24,000 bases of DNA, taken from sequence record MG775260.1; one strand, given 5' to 3'. Below are positions 14,006 to 23,196 of this stretch, one piece after another. Position numbers and translations under genes: made by a program. Position 1 is the first letter of the stretch, and each line of letters starts with the position of its first letter. The notes beneath the pieces are model-generated. The model was not told the origin of the DNA. It saw only the letters and a program-made list of their open reading frames with translations, and searched no databases. Source of the DNA: Pseudomonas phage Littlefix.

Positions 14006-16516
14006 GTGGAAGTAACTCAAAAAGATGACCACATTACCCATGCGGTAGCTGGTCAGCACGAATCCGTTGAAATGGGTATGAGTAGCAGTGCTGCACTCAT
14101 GCACATCATGTCCGCAGCGTTGTATACGCACCCGGAGCTGGCAACTGTACGTGAGCCTATCTGCAACGCTTGGGATGCTCACATCACTGCTGGCAAGACA
14201 GATCAACCCATCATTATCAATGTTACTGAGCGCGCTTTCAGCGTTCAGGACTTTGGTTCTGGTATCCCGCATCACAAGATCGGCCAGATCTATGGCACCT
14301 ATGGTGACTCCACCAAACGTGAAGACAGCGATGTAACCGGTGGCTTCGGCCTGGGTTCTAAAGCCCCATTCGCGTACACAGACCTCTTTGAAGTGGTCTC
14401 GTGCAACGAAGGTACGAAGACTATATACCGTGTCTCCAAGTCGTCTATGGAGAAGGGTGGCAAACCAGCCATCCACAAGGTAGTAGACATGCCTACAGAG
14501 GACACGGGTATTACTGTGTCCTTTGGCTTGAAAGAAGGCCACCGTAGCAAGTTCCTGAAGCTGGTCAAAGAAGTGGTTGCACTTGGTGCAATCAAAGCTG
14601 TGATCAACGAAGGTGCTGACGACGTTGACATTCTTCCGCTAGAAGACAGTCCGACCGGCTACATCATTAGCAGTGTATCAGGCACTGTTACTGACACGAT
14701 CAACCTGCGTTATGGCAATGTGGTTTATCCCATCCCTTGCCGAGAGGAATATGCGCACGAGTTTAAGATCGTGATGAAATTCATGGACCATCTGTGGGGT
14801 GACGCCAATATCATTTTCATGGCTGCACCAAACACTGTGTCTATCGCACCAAGTCGTGAGAACTTGATTCTCACAGACTGTACGGTAGCTACCATCAAGA
14901 AAGCTCTTGGTCAATTTGACCCTAAGCTGATTGAGCGAGTAGAAGAAACCAACAAGCAGAACCTCAACCAGTTGCGTAACAAGACGTTGGAACTGGAAAA
15001 GATTCCTACGAGTTACTCTGACATAAACCAGGCAGTGACAATCGACATTACTGGTAAAGAAGGTAAGCGTCTTGGTTTGCTTCCATATGCCTATACGGTT
15101 AAAGAAGCACACCAACAGCAGTTCCTGCGCAACACTGACAAAGATGTTCCCACTGATCTCGCGTTGATGCGTCGAATCAAGAAACTCGTTGACAGCCGCC
15201 AGTGTAACTCTGTGCTTGGTAAAGAAATCATCAAGTATTTGAAAGTTGAAAAGCGCCAGCTTGAAAACTTTTATAAAGCACCTGTACGCGGTATGAAGCC
15301 TTCTCGCGTTATACGCAACAAAGAGGTAATCAACTCAGTTCGTAAGCATGTTTTCTTGCCAGTGTATGAAGCCATCAAGGCTGAACCACGTGTAAGTAAA
15401 GATCGCTTTCAATGCGTTGAATCCTTCAGCTGGGGTGGCCCTACGTTCTGTAGACCAAAAGACTTCCGCATTAGCGATTACTCTACTGCGGCTGGCTTCC
15501 TGTTTCCTCGTGTGATTATTGGTACAACGAATGCGCGTATTGGTCAGTATCTGAAAGATCAGAACCAAAATCGTTATTCGCATGACCGTGATCATTCTTG
15601 GATGGTCTATCGCAGCTCTACGCAACCAGCTTCAATACAAGCAGCTGTGGATATGTTCCAGAAGCTTGGTTTCGAAGTGCATAACGTAGCTGTGGCGGCT
15701 GCACCACGTAAGAAGCTTGCTGACTTTGTTGGCCCTATGTTGCCTAGTGCACCAAAGGCTAAACCAAGGAAGAAGCTTCTGAGCTTGAATCAGAGCTATG
15801 ACCGTAGTTCACGGACATACTTGCTCTCTACAGCTCGTGGGCATAAAGAGGGTGAATGTGAGAGCCCTCTGGCTTGGGTAATACTGCGTAGCAAATCAGC
15901 AGGTGGACCCGGCCCTAAACGTATTGGTTATATGAGCATCGAGCAGTCAGCAATTGTTCGTAAATTGCTAGGTGATCGCATTGCTGTGGTAACCAGTGCA
16001 CAAGCTGACGCGCTTAAGTTAAAAGGAGTTGTTTCCGTGCAAGAAATGATCAACAAGTACGTTAACGACAAAGTGGCTGAATCGCCATTGTTCAAACGTT
16101 ATATGGCGTTTGGTTTCCATGCATCAGAGCGTTCTGAGTATGGAAACGGTGCTGATCAGCGTATCTATAAGTTAATGCATCAGTTATCGGTGCAGAAAAA
16201 TTTCATGGACAGTATCGGCCTGCGTTTCAGCGTGGATGCAGAAACTGCAATGCTGGTTAAGTTCATGGAACACGAGGACGACGAATGTTTCCCAGCACTC
16301 GAAGAAGTGAAGAAACAGGTTAAGCCTCACGAAATGTTCACGAAGATGTATCAGCTGATTAAAACATCTGAGTGGGCACCCTTTATCAACATGGGCGCGC
16401 TGGGAACAGCGTTGGAAATGGCTGGTAAAGATTTGAGTGAGGATTCTATCCCGCTCAAAATCATACGGGAACTAGTCCCGTTCAAGAAACTCCACTCTCG
16501 ACAGGTAGCTACCTAA
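14006..16516 (+). CDS. rIIA: RIIA-like protein with N-terminal GHKL ATPase domain, 836 aa
   Basis: N-box REPICNAWDAH, G1 VQDFGSGIP, G2 GGFGLGSKAPFAY, paired with a downstream RIIB; GTG start after AGGAG. Confidence 0.85.
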   Translation: MEVTQKDDHITHAVAGQHESVEMGMSSSAALMHIMSAALYTHPELATVREPICNAWDAHITAGKTDQPIIINVTERAFSVQDFGSGIPHHKIGQIYGTYGDSTKREDSDVTGGFGLGSKAPFAYTDLFEVVSCNEGTKTIYRVSKSSMEKGGKPAIHKVVDMPTEDTGITVSFGLKEGHRSKFLKLVKEVVALGAIKAVINEGADDVDILPLEDSPTGYIISSVSGTVTDTINLRYGNVVYPIPCREEYAHEFKIVMKFMDHLWGDANIIFMAAPNTVSIAPSRENLILTDCTVATIKKALGQFDPKLIERVEETNKQNLNQLRNKTLELEKIPTSYSDINQAVTIDITGKEGKRLGLLPYAYTVKEAHQQQFLRNTDKDVPTDLALMRRIKKLVDSRQCNSVLGKEIIKYLKVEKRQLENFYKAPVRGMKPSRVIRNKEVINSVRKHVFLPVYEAIKAEPRVSKDRFQCVESFSWGGPTFCRPKDFRISDYSTAAGFLFPRVIIGTTNARIGQYLKDQNQNRYSHDRDHSWMVYRSSTQPASIQAAVDMFQKLGFEVHNVAVAAAPRKKLADFVGPMLPSAPKAKPRKKLLSLNQSYDRSSRTYLLSTARGHKEGECESPLAWVILRSKSAGGPGPKRIGYMSIEQSAIVRKLLGDRIAVVTSAQADALKLKGVVSVQEMINKYVNDKVAESPLFKRYMAFGFHASERSEYGNGADQRIYKLMHQLSVQKNFMDSIGLRFSVDAETAMLVKFMEHEDDECFPALEEVKKQVKPHEMFTKMYQLIKTSEWAPFINMGALGTALEMAGKDLSEDSIPLKIIRELVPFKKLHSRQVAT

Positions 16517-18405
16517 TGTCCACAATCCGCATCATCTTTGCCGACTTGAATAAGCAAGAACTGCTTATGTATCGTCAGGACGGCAGCAAAATCATCATTC
16601 ACCAAGGCGATCCTCGTATCGCTGCACTGGTGGATAAAGTGTTCCCCGACATGCGCAAGCAGAACTACTGCGATCTGCCAGAAGCTCTGCTGGACAAGTC
16701 GAACCCATTCAGCGACACCGAGAAGAAAATGAACGGCTTCGTTCGCTTCTTCAAGATGGCGAAGGCGAAGTTCGATGAAATCATTGGCAATACTAAGGAA
16801 GAGGTTAAACCAGACCTCCCACCTCAGAAAGCCGGTGACCTCAGCGCATTGCAGTCGATCCTGCATCCTGTTGCACCCACTGTTAAAAAAGTGGTGAAGG
16901 ACCAAAATGAGCCGGGTGATCAAGACCCGCTCACCAAGTCCGAACAGGCAGTAAAAGAAATCATGGCTCACGCCACGCCGTCGAGTGATCGTAGCTTCCA
17001 GGAAGAATCTGTTGGCACTCAAGCCACAGTGGCTGTACTGGAAGATGGTACGATCATCGAAAACGCTGACAAGCTGAAAGTGCAGCTGGAAGCGGTGAAT
17101 GCCGGTTTGGCCAGCGAAACAGGGTTGAAAAACTTCCTGAATCGCATGGCTTCGGTAAGCCGTGCCCACAGCGCTCAAGACCTCCTGACCTTCATGGAAA
17201 AGGGCGAACTGCCCATTGCCGATGACGGTACGGTTCTGGTCTACAAGCGCCTGCGCAGCACCACAGCGAAAGGCGTATACGTAGACTGCTACAGCGGTAA
17301 CGTGAAACAGAAAGTAGGCTCCCATGTCTTCATGGATGCCTCGCTGGTTGATCCAAACCGTAGCACCGAGTGCAGTAGCGGTCTGCATGTGGCCCGACGT
17401 GACTACCTCACCGCCTTCAGTGGCGATATCTGTGTGCTGGCCAAGCTGGCACCAGAAGACGTGATTGCCGTGCCTCACGGTGACCCACGTAAGCTGCGTG
17501 CAAAGGGCTACCACATCATCGCGGTCCTCTCCCAAGAAGACCATGATCGTGTGGTGCGTAACCAACCGCTGAAAGATGAAAACCTGCTGGGCAATGCCAT
17601 TGCAGGTAATCACGTTGGCGTGTTGCAGACCGTGCAGATCACCCAGCACCGAGGCGGTGGTGTTATCTACACCGACGTTGCTGGTAAAGCTGAGTTCGTC
17701 TCCGACGAATCGCTCAAGTCCAAGTCTCTCGATACCCTGCCAACTGAAGGCAAGGTAAACGTTGACGCAGTGGCTGTAGCGAAAGCCGACGAGCTGTTCA
17801 AAGCTGAGCCAGCTGGCCCTGTAAGCGAGCCATTGGGCGTAGCTGAGCCTGTTCCAGAGCCGGTGTTTACCGAGGTTGCTCAAACCAAGGCAGCACCGAA
17901 ACCAGCTAACAAACTGTACAGCTTGCTGGCAGCTTACGCTGATGCTGAACCTGGCTCTGTGGCCGAGCATGTCGCCGCGACTAAATTGGTGGACTTTAAA
18001 AAGTCTTCCCGTAAGTCGTGGACTGCATTGGGCGTCTCTTTGGATGTGCACAGTGCAGTGGTTGAGCTGGCTGCTAAGCCTTCTCCTGTTGAGGCTACCA
18101 AGCCTCAGAAGAAGACCAGCAAGCCAGTGAAGGCTAAACCAGCAGCTGCAAAGCCTGCTGCGAAGAAACCAAAAGCAGCGGCTAAGCCAGTAGTGAAAGC
18201 GACCCGCAACATCGGTCCTGTCACCAAGGTGACTGATACTCCGGCTGAAACTGTTCAACAGCTCGTTATTCGTGCTGTTAAGAACAAATCTCAGGCGCTT
18301 GCACTGCAAGCCTTCGAAGCTAAAAAAGCTAAGAAGAAAAGCTGGGATGCATTGGGCGTAGCACCATCTGATGTGGTGACTCTGACCAAACTGGCCGGTA
18401 AGTAA
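16516..18405 (+). CDS. rIIB: RIIB-like protein, 629 aa, with Lys/Ala/Pro-rich C-terminal region
   Basis: TAATG overlap with rIIA; core FLNRMASVSRAHSAQDLLTFMEKGELPIADDGTVLVYKRLR...CSSGLHVARRDYLTAFSGDI. Confidence 0.8.
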   Translation: MSTIRIIFADLNKQELLMYRQDGSKIIIHQGDPRIAALVDKVFPDMRKQNYCDLPEALLDKSNPFSDTEKKMNGFVRFFKMAKAKFDEIIGNTKEEVKPDLPPQKAGDLSALQSILHPVAPTVKKVVKDQNEPGDQDPLTKSEQAVKEIMAHATPSSDRSFQEESVGTQATVAVLEDGTIIENADKLKVQLEAVNAGLASETGLKNFLNRMASVSRAHSAQDLLTFMEKGELPIADDGTVLVYKRLRSTTAKGVYVDCYSGNVKQKVGSHVFMDASLVDPNRSTECSSGLHVARRDYLTAFSGDICVLAKLAPEDVIAVPHGDPRKLRAKGYHIIAVLSQEDHDRVVRNQPLKDENLLGNAIAGNHVGVLQTVQITQHRGGGVIYTDVAGKAEFVSDESLKSKSLDTLPTEGKVNVDAVAVAKADELFKAEPAGPVSEPLGVAEPVPEPVFTEVAQTKAAPKPANKLYSLLAAYADAEPGSVAEHVAATKLVDFKKSSRKSWTALGVSLDVHSAVVELAAKPSPVEATKPQKKTSKPVKAKPAAAKPAAKKPKAAAKPVVKATRNIGPVTKVTDTPAETVQQLVIRAVKNKSQALALQAFEAKKAKKKSWDALGVAPSDVVTLTKLAGK

Positions 18406-18406
18406 C

Positions 18407-18679
18407 ATGAAGAAGCTCAACGAAGGTCAGCGTTTCACAACTGACCCCGTTGATGCCTCTCGCACTGCCTATGTAGTCGAGGAAAGTGATGTTGGTAAAC
18501 AACAAATCAACTACCTCGGCTACAACCAAGCATACACATTTCAAAAGGACGACGTAGGTCGTCTGATTGAAGTAGTACGCAATATGTCCCCAGGCAGCGT
18601 GAGTTGGTACTTCGGGTCAATGTTCTCGGAACTGCGTAAGCAGTATCCCGATCCAAAGCCATACATTAAACAAGAGTGA
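18407..18679 (+). CDS. Hypothetical protein, 90 aa
   Basis: ORF adjacent to RIIB with AAGTAAC upstream. Confidence 0.7.
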   Translation: MKKLNEGQRFTTDPVDASRTAYVVEESDVGKQQINYLGYNQAYTFQKDDVGRLIEVVRNMSPGSVSWYFGSMFSELRKQYPDPKPYIKQE

Positions 18680-18870
18680 ATGGCATGAACTGGATTTTAG
18701 CGTTAATTGTCGTGTTTTCGATCGGTTTCGCCGCCGGTCGATACACACCCAACAGCGATATCTTGAATGAGTGCGTCACCAAAGGTGAAACCACTCTGAA
18801 AGGTACTCGTATCTCCTGTAAACCAGTTGCTACCACGGTGGGCAACGAAGAAGTCGAGATCAAGCAATGA
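18676..18870 (+). CDS. Small membrane-anchored protein, about 61-64 aa
   Basis: MNWILALIVVFSIGFAAGRY N-terminal TM; start uncertain (GTG 18676 or downstream ATGs). Confidence 0.65.
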   Translation: MNGMNWILALIVVFSIGFAAGRYTPNSDILNECVTKGETTLKGTRISCKPVATTVGNEEVEIKQ

Positions 18871-19181
18871 GCGAAATGGAACGTGTTCCTGAGAAGGTCG
18901 AAGATACTCCAGATGACCTGAAGTATCTTCATGACGCTGCTTTCAAGCAATTGCTGACAATAGCAGAGCAAATGGAAGTTTCGGTTGGTAATCGTATTGA
19001 TTTCGATACGCAGACCACAGAAGCTTTTGTGTTCTTCCACTATGGCGACGGCACTCCCGACGAAATCTTGGCCAAAGCGACTCACGAAAACCCAATCGAA
19101 GCAACCCGGCAAGCATTGCTGGCTACCGCCGAACTGCTGGAAGCTCGACAAGAAGCCAAGCAAAACAAGACGTTGCACTAA
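18867..19181 (+). CDS. Hypothetical acidic protein, 104 aa
   Basis: 4-nt overlap upstream. Confidence 0.75.
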   Translation: MSEMERVPEKVEDTPDDLKYLHDAAFKQLLTIAEQMEVSVGNRIDFDTQTTEAFVFFHYGDGTPDEILAKATHENPIEATRQALLATAELLEARQEAKQNKTLH

Positions 19182-19531
19182 TGGAAGTCTTGTCTGATCG
19201 TCGGAATGAAATCATTCTGCGAATCCATGAACGTGTGGACGTAGTAGACACTGGTTTCGTACTTGATGGTAAGGCAAGCCCTTGCCATCTGTGGACCGGT
19301 CCTGATTCAGGTACTGGTCGTGGTGGTGGCTACGGTCGAATGTCCTTGGGCAGTCAGACTGTAGCCGTTCACCTTGTTGTATTCACCCACTTCTACGGAT
19401 ACATACCCGGCAAGAAGCAAGTGGATCACAAGTGTAACAATCGCTTGTGCTGTAATCCTGCTCATCTTGAGCTGGTTACCCATCTCAAAAACCAACGACT
19501 TCGCGCTAAGCGTGCTAAGTCTGGATCTTAG
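19181..19531 (+). CDS. HNH endonuclease (HNH_3-type, possible free-standing homing nuclease), 116 aa
   Basis: CHLWTGPDSGTGRGGGYGRMSLG...VHLVVFTHFYGYIPGKKQVDHKCNNRLCCNPAHLELVTHLKNQRLR. Confidence 0.85.
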   Translation: MEVLSDRRNEIILRIHERVDVVDTGFVLDGKASPCHLWTGPDSGTGRGGGYGRMSLGSQTVAVHLVVFTHFYGYIPGKKQVDHKCNNRLCCNPAHLELVTHLKNQRLRAKRAKSGS

Positions 19532-19550
19532 GCGCACTCCGTGCGCTTTT
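19532..19550 (+). terminator. Hairpin GCGCAC-TCC-GTGCGC then TTTT, weak terminator candidate
   Basis: 6-bp GC stem and short T-run directly after the HNH stop. Confidence 0.5.
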
Positions 19551-19591
19551 GCGTTGAATAGAACTGGTTAATTGTTAATCGGTATGTTCAG

Positions 19592-19610
19592 GCAGCCTCC
19601 GGCTGCTTTT
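19592..19610 (+). terminator. Hairpin GCAGCC-TCC-GGCTGC then TTTT, weak terminator candidate
   Basis: 6-bp GC stem and short T-run, 60 nt after the previous similar hairpin. Confidence 0.5.
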
Positions 19611-19670
19611 GTGCGTTGTTAAAACTCAATTGCCAATTTCGGCACACTCTCGTTTGAAAGGAATAAGTCA

Positions 19671-21143
19671 ATGTCCCGTTCTGCCCCTGCTCTGTCCCGC
19701 AATCTGTCCGACGAAGACAAACGCGTCCAAGTTGCCGAAGTTGTTCACCACGAAGGTCAACTGGCGATCCCGAACGGCATGTCCGTCCGCCAAGCCATCA
19801 ACCTGCTGGAACGTCGCGAGAGCTATCTCGAAGAAGACGTGCAAGTTTCCCGTACCTTCAACGTCTTCCCGTGGGACGGCGCCAACGCCCTGAACATCGC
19901 GTTGAAGGACAAGTTCGGCTGGGCTGCTGCTGAAGCCACTCCTGGTTTCTTCGGCCCTACCCCTCCGAAAATGATCACCATCGAAGTCGGCTTCGGCATG
20001 ACCCGCACCATCCCGTGGGGCCGTTTCAGCCTGCCCGGTATCACTGGTTTCCTGCAAACCGGCGCCAATCGCAAAGATGGCCGTGTGATCTTCGAATGCC
20101 ATGCCATCGTCAAGCGTCAAGACGAAGCGACCATCGAAGACCTGTACGACCGCATCGGTGCGTACCTGAACGACAACAGCATCTACGCCGGTCAAGCGGT
20201 GAAGATCCGTTTCCGTGACGACGACGGCGACCTGCTCGACATGCCTGAACCCAAGTTCATGGACACGTCGTTCATCAGCCGCGACATGCTGGTCTACTCG
20301 AAAGACGTGACCGAAGCCATCGAAACCAACTTGTTCGCTCCAATCGAGCGTATCAAGGACTGCGTTGCCAACGGCATCCCGGTCAAGCGTGGCGTTCTGC
20401 TGGGTGGCCCATACGGCACCGGTAAGACCATGGCTGCAACTGTTGCATCGCGTCTGGCCGTGGATAACGGGGTTACCTACCTGTACATCCCACACGCCGA
20501 CGAGCTGTCCGACGCCATCGAATTCGCGAAGCAATACGAGCGTAACGCTTGTGTGATCTTCTGCGAAGACATCGACCGCGCCATCAACGGCGAGCGTTCG
20601 GTAGCGATGGACGATATCCTGAACATTCTCGATGGCATCGACACCAAGAATGCTCAGATCATCACCGTCCTGACCACCAACCACCTGGAAAACATCAACC
20701 CGGCCATGCTGCGCCCAGGCCGTCTGGATGCGATCATCAACGTGAACGCCCCTGACGCCGAAGCAGTGCAACGCCTGATCCGCCTGTACGGCAAAGGCAC
20801 CATCGCTGAAGAAACCGACCTGTCCGCAGCCGGTGAAATTCTCGATGGCGCTATCCCTGCCGTGATTGCCGAAGTAGTTAAGCGTGCCAAGCTCGCTCAG
20901 CTGCGCCGTCAAGAGCCAGGCACCAAGGTCGAAAACATCACTGCTGAAGCGGTGGTGGACGCGGCCAAGTCGATGCAAAGCCAGATCGACCTGCTCAACG
21001 AGCAGTCGAAGAAGAAGCACATCGAACCTACGTTCAAGGACGTAATGGGCGATGCAGTTCTTCACGCGCTGGGCAAAGACGCCGGTGAGCTGTTGGCCCG
21101 TCAAGGCAAGCAAGTTGCTGAGTTGCACGAACGCATCATGTAA
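19671..21143 (+). CDS. AAA+ ATPase (FtsH/CDC48-like core), 490 aa
   Basis: Walker A GGPYGTGKT, Walker B CVIFCEDIDR, LTTNHLENINPAMLRPGRLDAIINV; AAAGGAA upstream. Confidence 0.9.
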   Translation: MSRSAPALSRNLSDEDKRVQVAEVVHHEGQLAIPNGMSVRQAINLLERRESYLEEDVQVSRTFNVFPWDGANALNIALKDKFGWAAAEATPGFFGPTPPKMITIEVGFGMTRTIPWGRFSLPGITGFLQTGANRKDGRVIFECHAIVKRQDEATIEDLYDRIGAYLNDNSIYAGQAVKIRFRDDDGDLLDMPEPKFMDTSFISRDMLVYSKDVTEAIETNLFAPIERIKDCVANGIPVKRGVLLGGPYGTGKTMAATVASRLAVDNGVTYLYIPHADELSDAIEFAKQYERNACVIFCEDIDRAINGERSVAMDDILNILDGIDTKNAQIITVLTTNHLENINPAMLRPGRLDAIINVNAPDAEAVQRLIRLYGKGTIAEETDLSAAGEILDGAIPAVIAEVVKRAKLAQLRRQEPGTKVENITAEAVVDAAKSMQSQIDLLNEQSKKKHIEPTFKDVMGDAVLHALGKDAGELLARQGKQVAELHERIM

Positions 21144-21160
21144 CTCACCCGCAACAACAG

Positions 21161-21190
21161 AAAAAGCCCTTCTTCGGAAGGGCTTTTTTT
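21161..21190 (+). terminator. Strong intrinsic terminator AAAAAGCCCTTC-TTCG-GAAGGGCTTTTTTT
   Basis: 12-bp stem, TTCG tetraloop, T-tract, 17 nt after the AAA+ gene. Confidence 0.95.
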
Positions 21191-21224
21191 ATTCGACACT
21201 CAGTTGCTAACAGGAGGCAACACC

Positions 21225-21596
21225 ATGCGACAAGTACGTAAAGGTAATGTCGGTCTTCCTCTAGCGGTTGTCGAGGCTTATATCAAAGCCATGGATAACC
21301 CTACAGACCCGGCGTCAGCGGAAGCAGCTGCGAATATGCATCGTGCAATTTTGCATGGTTATACGCAGATTCAACAAGGTGTAGAACAAGCCACACTGAA
21401 GGTATGCATTGGCAAGGTCGGTTACTTAGACCCTGACGATGTACGGCGTTTCCTGTCTAAAGAGATCCCGCGCTTGACGCTGTATCGTGACAAGAAATCT
21501 CACCACAATATGCCGTTGTACTTCGCGCAGAAGCCTTCTTACTACAAGAAGAATCAGGCGCCGAAGACGAAAGCCCCGGCCAAGAAAAAGAAGTAG
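21225..21596 (+). CDS. Hypothetical protein, 123 aa, basic Lys-rich C-terminus
   Basis: ATG 21225 after AGGAGG. Confidence 0.8.
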   Translation: MRQVRKGNVGLPLAVVEAYIKAMDNPTDPASAEAAANMHRAILHGYTQIQQGVEQATLKVCIGKVGYLDPDDVRRFLSKEIPRLTLYRDKKSHHNMPLYFAQKPSYYKKNQAPKTKAPAKKKK

Positions 21597-21605
21597 GTAA
21601 TTACC

Positions 21606-21806
21606 ATGGCCACTCAAGAAAAAGCTAAAACTCGTGATCAACGCCACTTGCGTATCACATCTGACAAGCTGCGTGCATTGCTGCATGAAGCCTGGAAGAA
21701 AGGTAACGATAGTTACCTCGACCACGCCAAGCCAGATGGCACCGACGAACGTTACGCCTATGTTGATCAAGTGATGATCGACAAGGGCTATAAACGTCCA
21801 GAATAA
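21606..21806 (+). CDS. Hypothetical basic protein, 66 aa
   Basis: ORF immediately downstream of 21596. Confidence 0.65.
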   Translation: MATQEKAKTRDQRHLRITSDKLRALLHEAWKKGNDSYLDHAKPDGTDERYAYVDQVMIDKGYKRPE

Positions 21807-21931
21807 ATTCATATCCCTCAGTTATGAGCTGGGGGATCTGATATTCATTTCAAAAGCATCAATTGCCTAAGATGGTGTTTTTAATATGAATATTTAACCA
21901 GCGGGGCATGAATGTCCTGCTAAGGATTCTC

Positions 21932-22117
21932 ATGCAGTCTAAAGAGATACCTACCGAGCCATTACCTATCCACGACACGATGGACAGTCTGCTTGGTGTA
22001 GTAAACCTAGCTTTAGCCAGTATTAAAACAGATACCCCAAACCAGATCACCACTATGTTGATGATCTATCACAATACCTTGCTCCACCTGTTAAAAGAGC
22101 AAGGCAAACTGAAATAG
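21932..22117 (+). CDS. Hypothetical protein, 61 aa
   Basis: ATG 21932 after AAGGA; preferred over the ATG at 21908. Confidence 0.6.
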   Translation: MQSKEIPTEPLPIHDTMDSLLGVVNLALASIKTDTPNQITTMLMIYHNTLLHLLKEQGKLK

Positions 22118-22128
22118 GAGCGTTACCC

Positions 22129-23196
22129 ATGTTTAAGAAGGAATTCCACGTTACTCTCAGTCAAGCAGCACAATTGGTTAAGGAATCCTTCCTTGCAAGT
22201 GTGGTGCCTATGCTGCGTGGTAGCCCAGGTATCGGTAAGTCAGCAATCATCCATTGGGTAGCCAAGGAGATGAACCTGCTGGTGATCGACGCACGTTTTG
22301 CGGGCTATGACCCAACTGACGTGAACGGATTCCCAGGTCTGGTTATCGAAGAGGGTATTGCAAAATACTACCCACTCGAAACCTTCCCACTGGAAGGCCA
22401 AGAACTGCCTATCAACCCACTCACTGGCGAGCAATATGCCGGTTGGGTTCTGTTCATGGACGAGTTCAACTCGGCTCCGCGAGCAGTACAGGCAGCTTCG
22501 TACAAGCTCGTACTGGACCGCATGGTTGGCCAGCGTAAGCTGCATGCTGCCGTGTACATGTGCGCAGCTGGTAACTTGGACAGCGACCAAGCCATCACTG
22601 AAGAAATGTCCACTGCGATGGTCAGCCGTATCTGCAACTTGCAGGTGAAGGAAGACCTGAAATCGTGGATGGAGTGGGCAAACCATGCCAACGTGGATAC
22701 GTTGATTACCTCGTACTTGCAATTCCGCAAGGACAAGTTCTACACGTTCGATCCAGAAACCCCAGATCGTCCGTTTGCATCGCCACGGACCTGGGAATTT
22801 ACCCACAGCTACCTGAAGGTGTGGAAGGACAACAACGTCAACATCAAGGATCGTCTGCCAATCTTGGCTGGCTTGCTTGATGAAGCCGTAGCACTGGACT
22901 TCAAGGCATTTGCCATGATCCGTGACGGCCTGCCACGCAAGGAAGACATTCTGTCTAACCCTGCTAACGCCATGCTGCCTTCTGACCTCGGACCACTGTA
23001 TGCCCTTACAGGTGCATTGGCGGACTGGGCCAACGAAGACAACCTGCAACAAATCATCGACTACACCAGTCGTATGACTCCATCCGACTTCCAAGTAGCC
23101 ACGCTGCGTAGCATCAACGCACGTAATCCTCAGTTCTCCAACCACCCAGTTCTCACGAAGTGGATGACGGATAACATGAGCAAGTTCTTGGGATGA
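22129..23196 (+). CDS. MoxR-type AAA+ ATPase, 355 aa
   Basis: MLRGSPGIGKSAIIHWVAKEM (Walker A), GWVLFMDEFNSAPRAVQAASYKLVLDR (Walker B), MSTAMVSRICNLQV. Confidence 0.9.
   Translation: MFKKEFHVTLSQAAQLVKESFLASVVPMLRGSPGIGKSAIIHWVAKEMNLLVIDARFAGYDPTDVNGFPGLVIEEGIAKYYPLETFPLEGQELPINPLTGEQYAGWVLFMDEFNSAPRAVQAASYKLVLDRMVGQRKLHAAVYMCAAGNLDSDQAITEEMSTAMVSRICNLQVKEDLKSWMEWANHANVDTLITSYLQFRKDKFYTFDPETPDRPFASPRTWEFTHSYLKVWKDNNVNIKDRLPILAGLLDEAVALDFKAFAMIRDGLPRKEDILSNPANAMLPSDLGPLYALTGALADWANEDNLQQIIDYTSRMTPSDFQVATLRSINARNPQFSNHPVLTKWMTDNMSKFLG

Noticed and set aside
16513-18420. 635-aa minus-strand ORF opposite rIIB
   Set aside because: Mirror ORF arising from the biased codon usage of the well-supported rIIB gene; Cys/Arg/Phe-rich implausible protein.
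19668-21128. 486-aa minus-strand ORF opposite the AAA+ ATPase
   Set aside because: Antisense of a clear Walker A/B ATPase gene with strong codon bias; the complementary frame stays open by composition.
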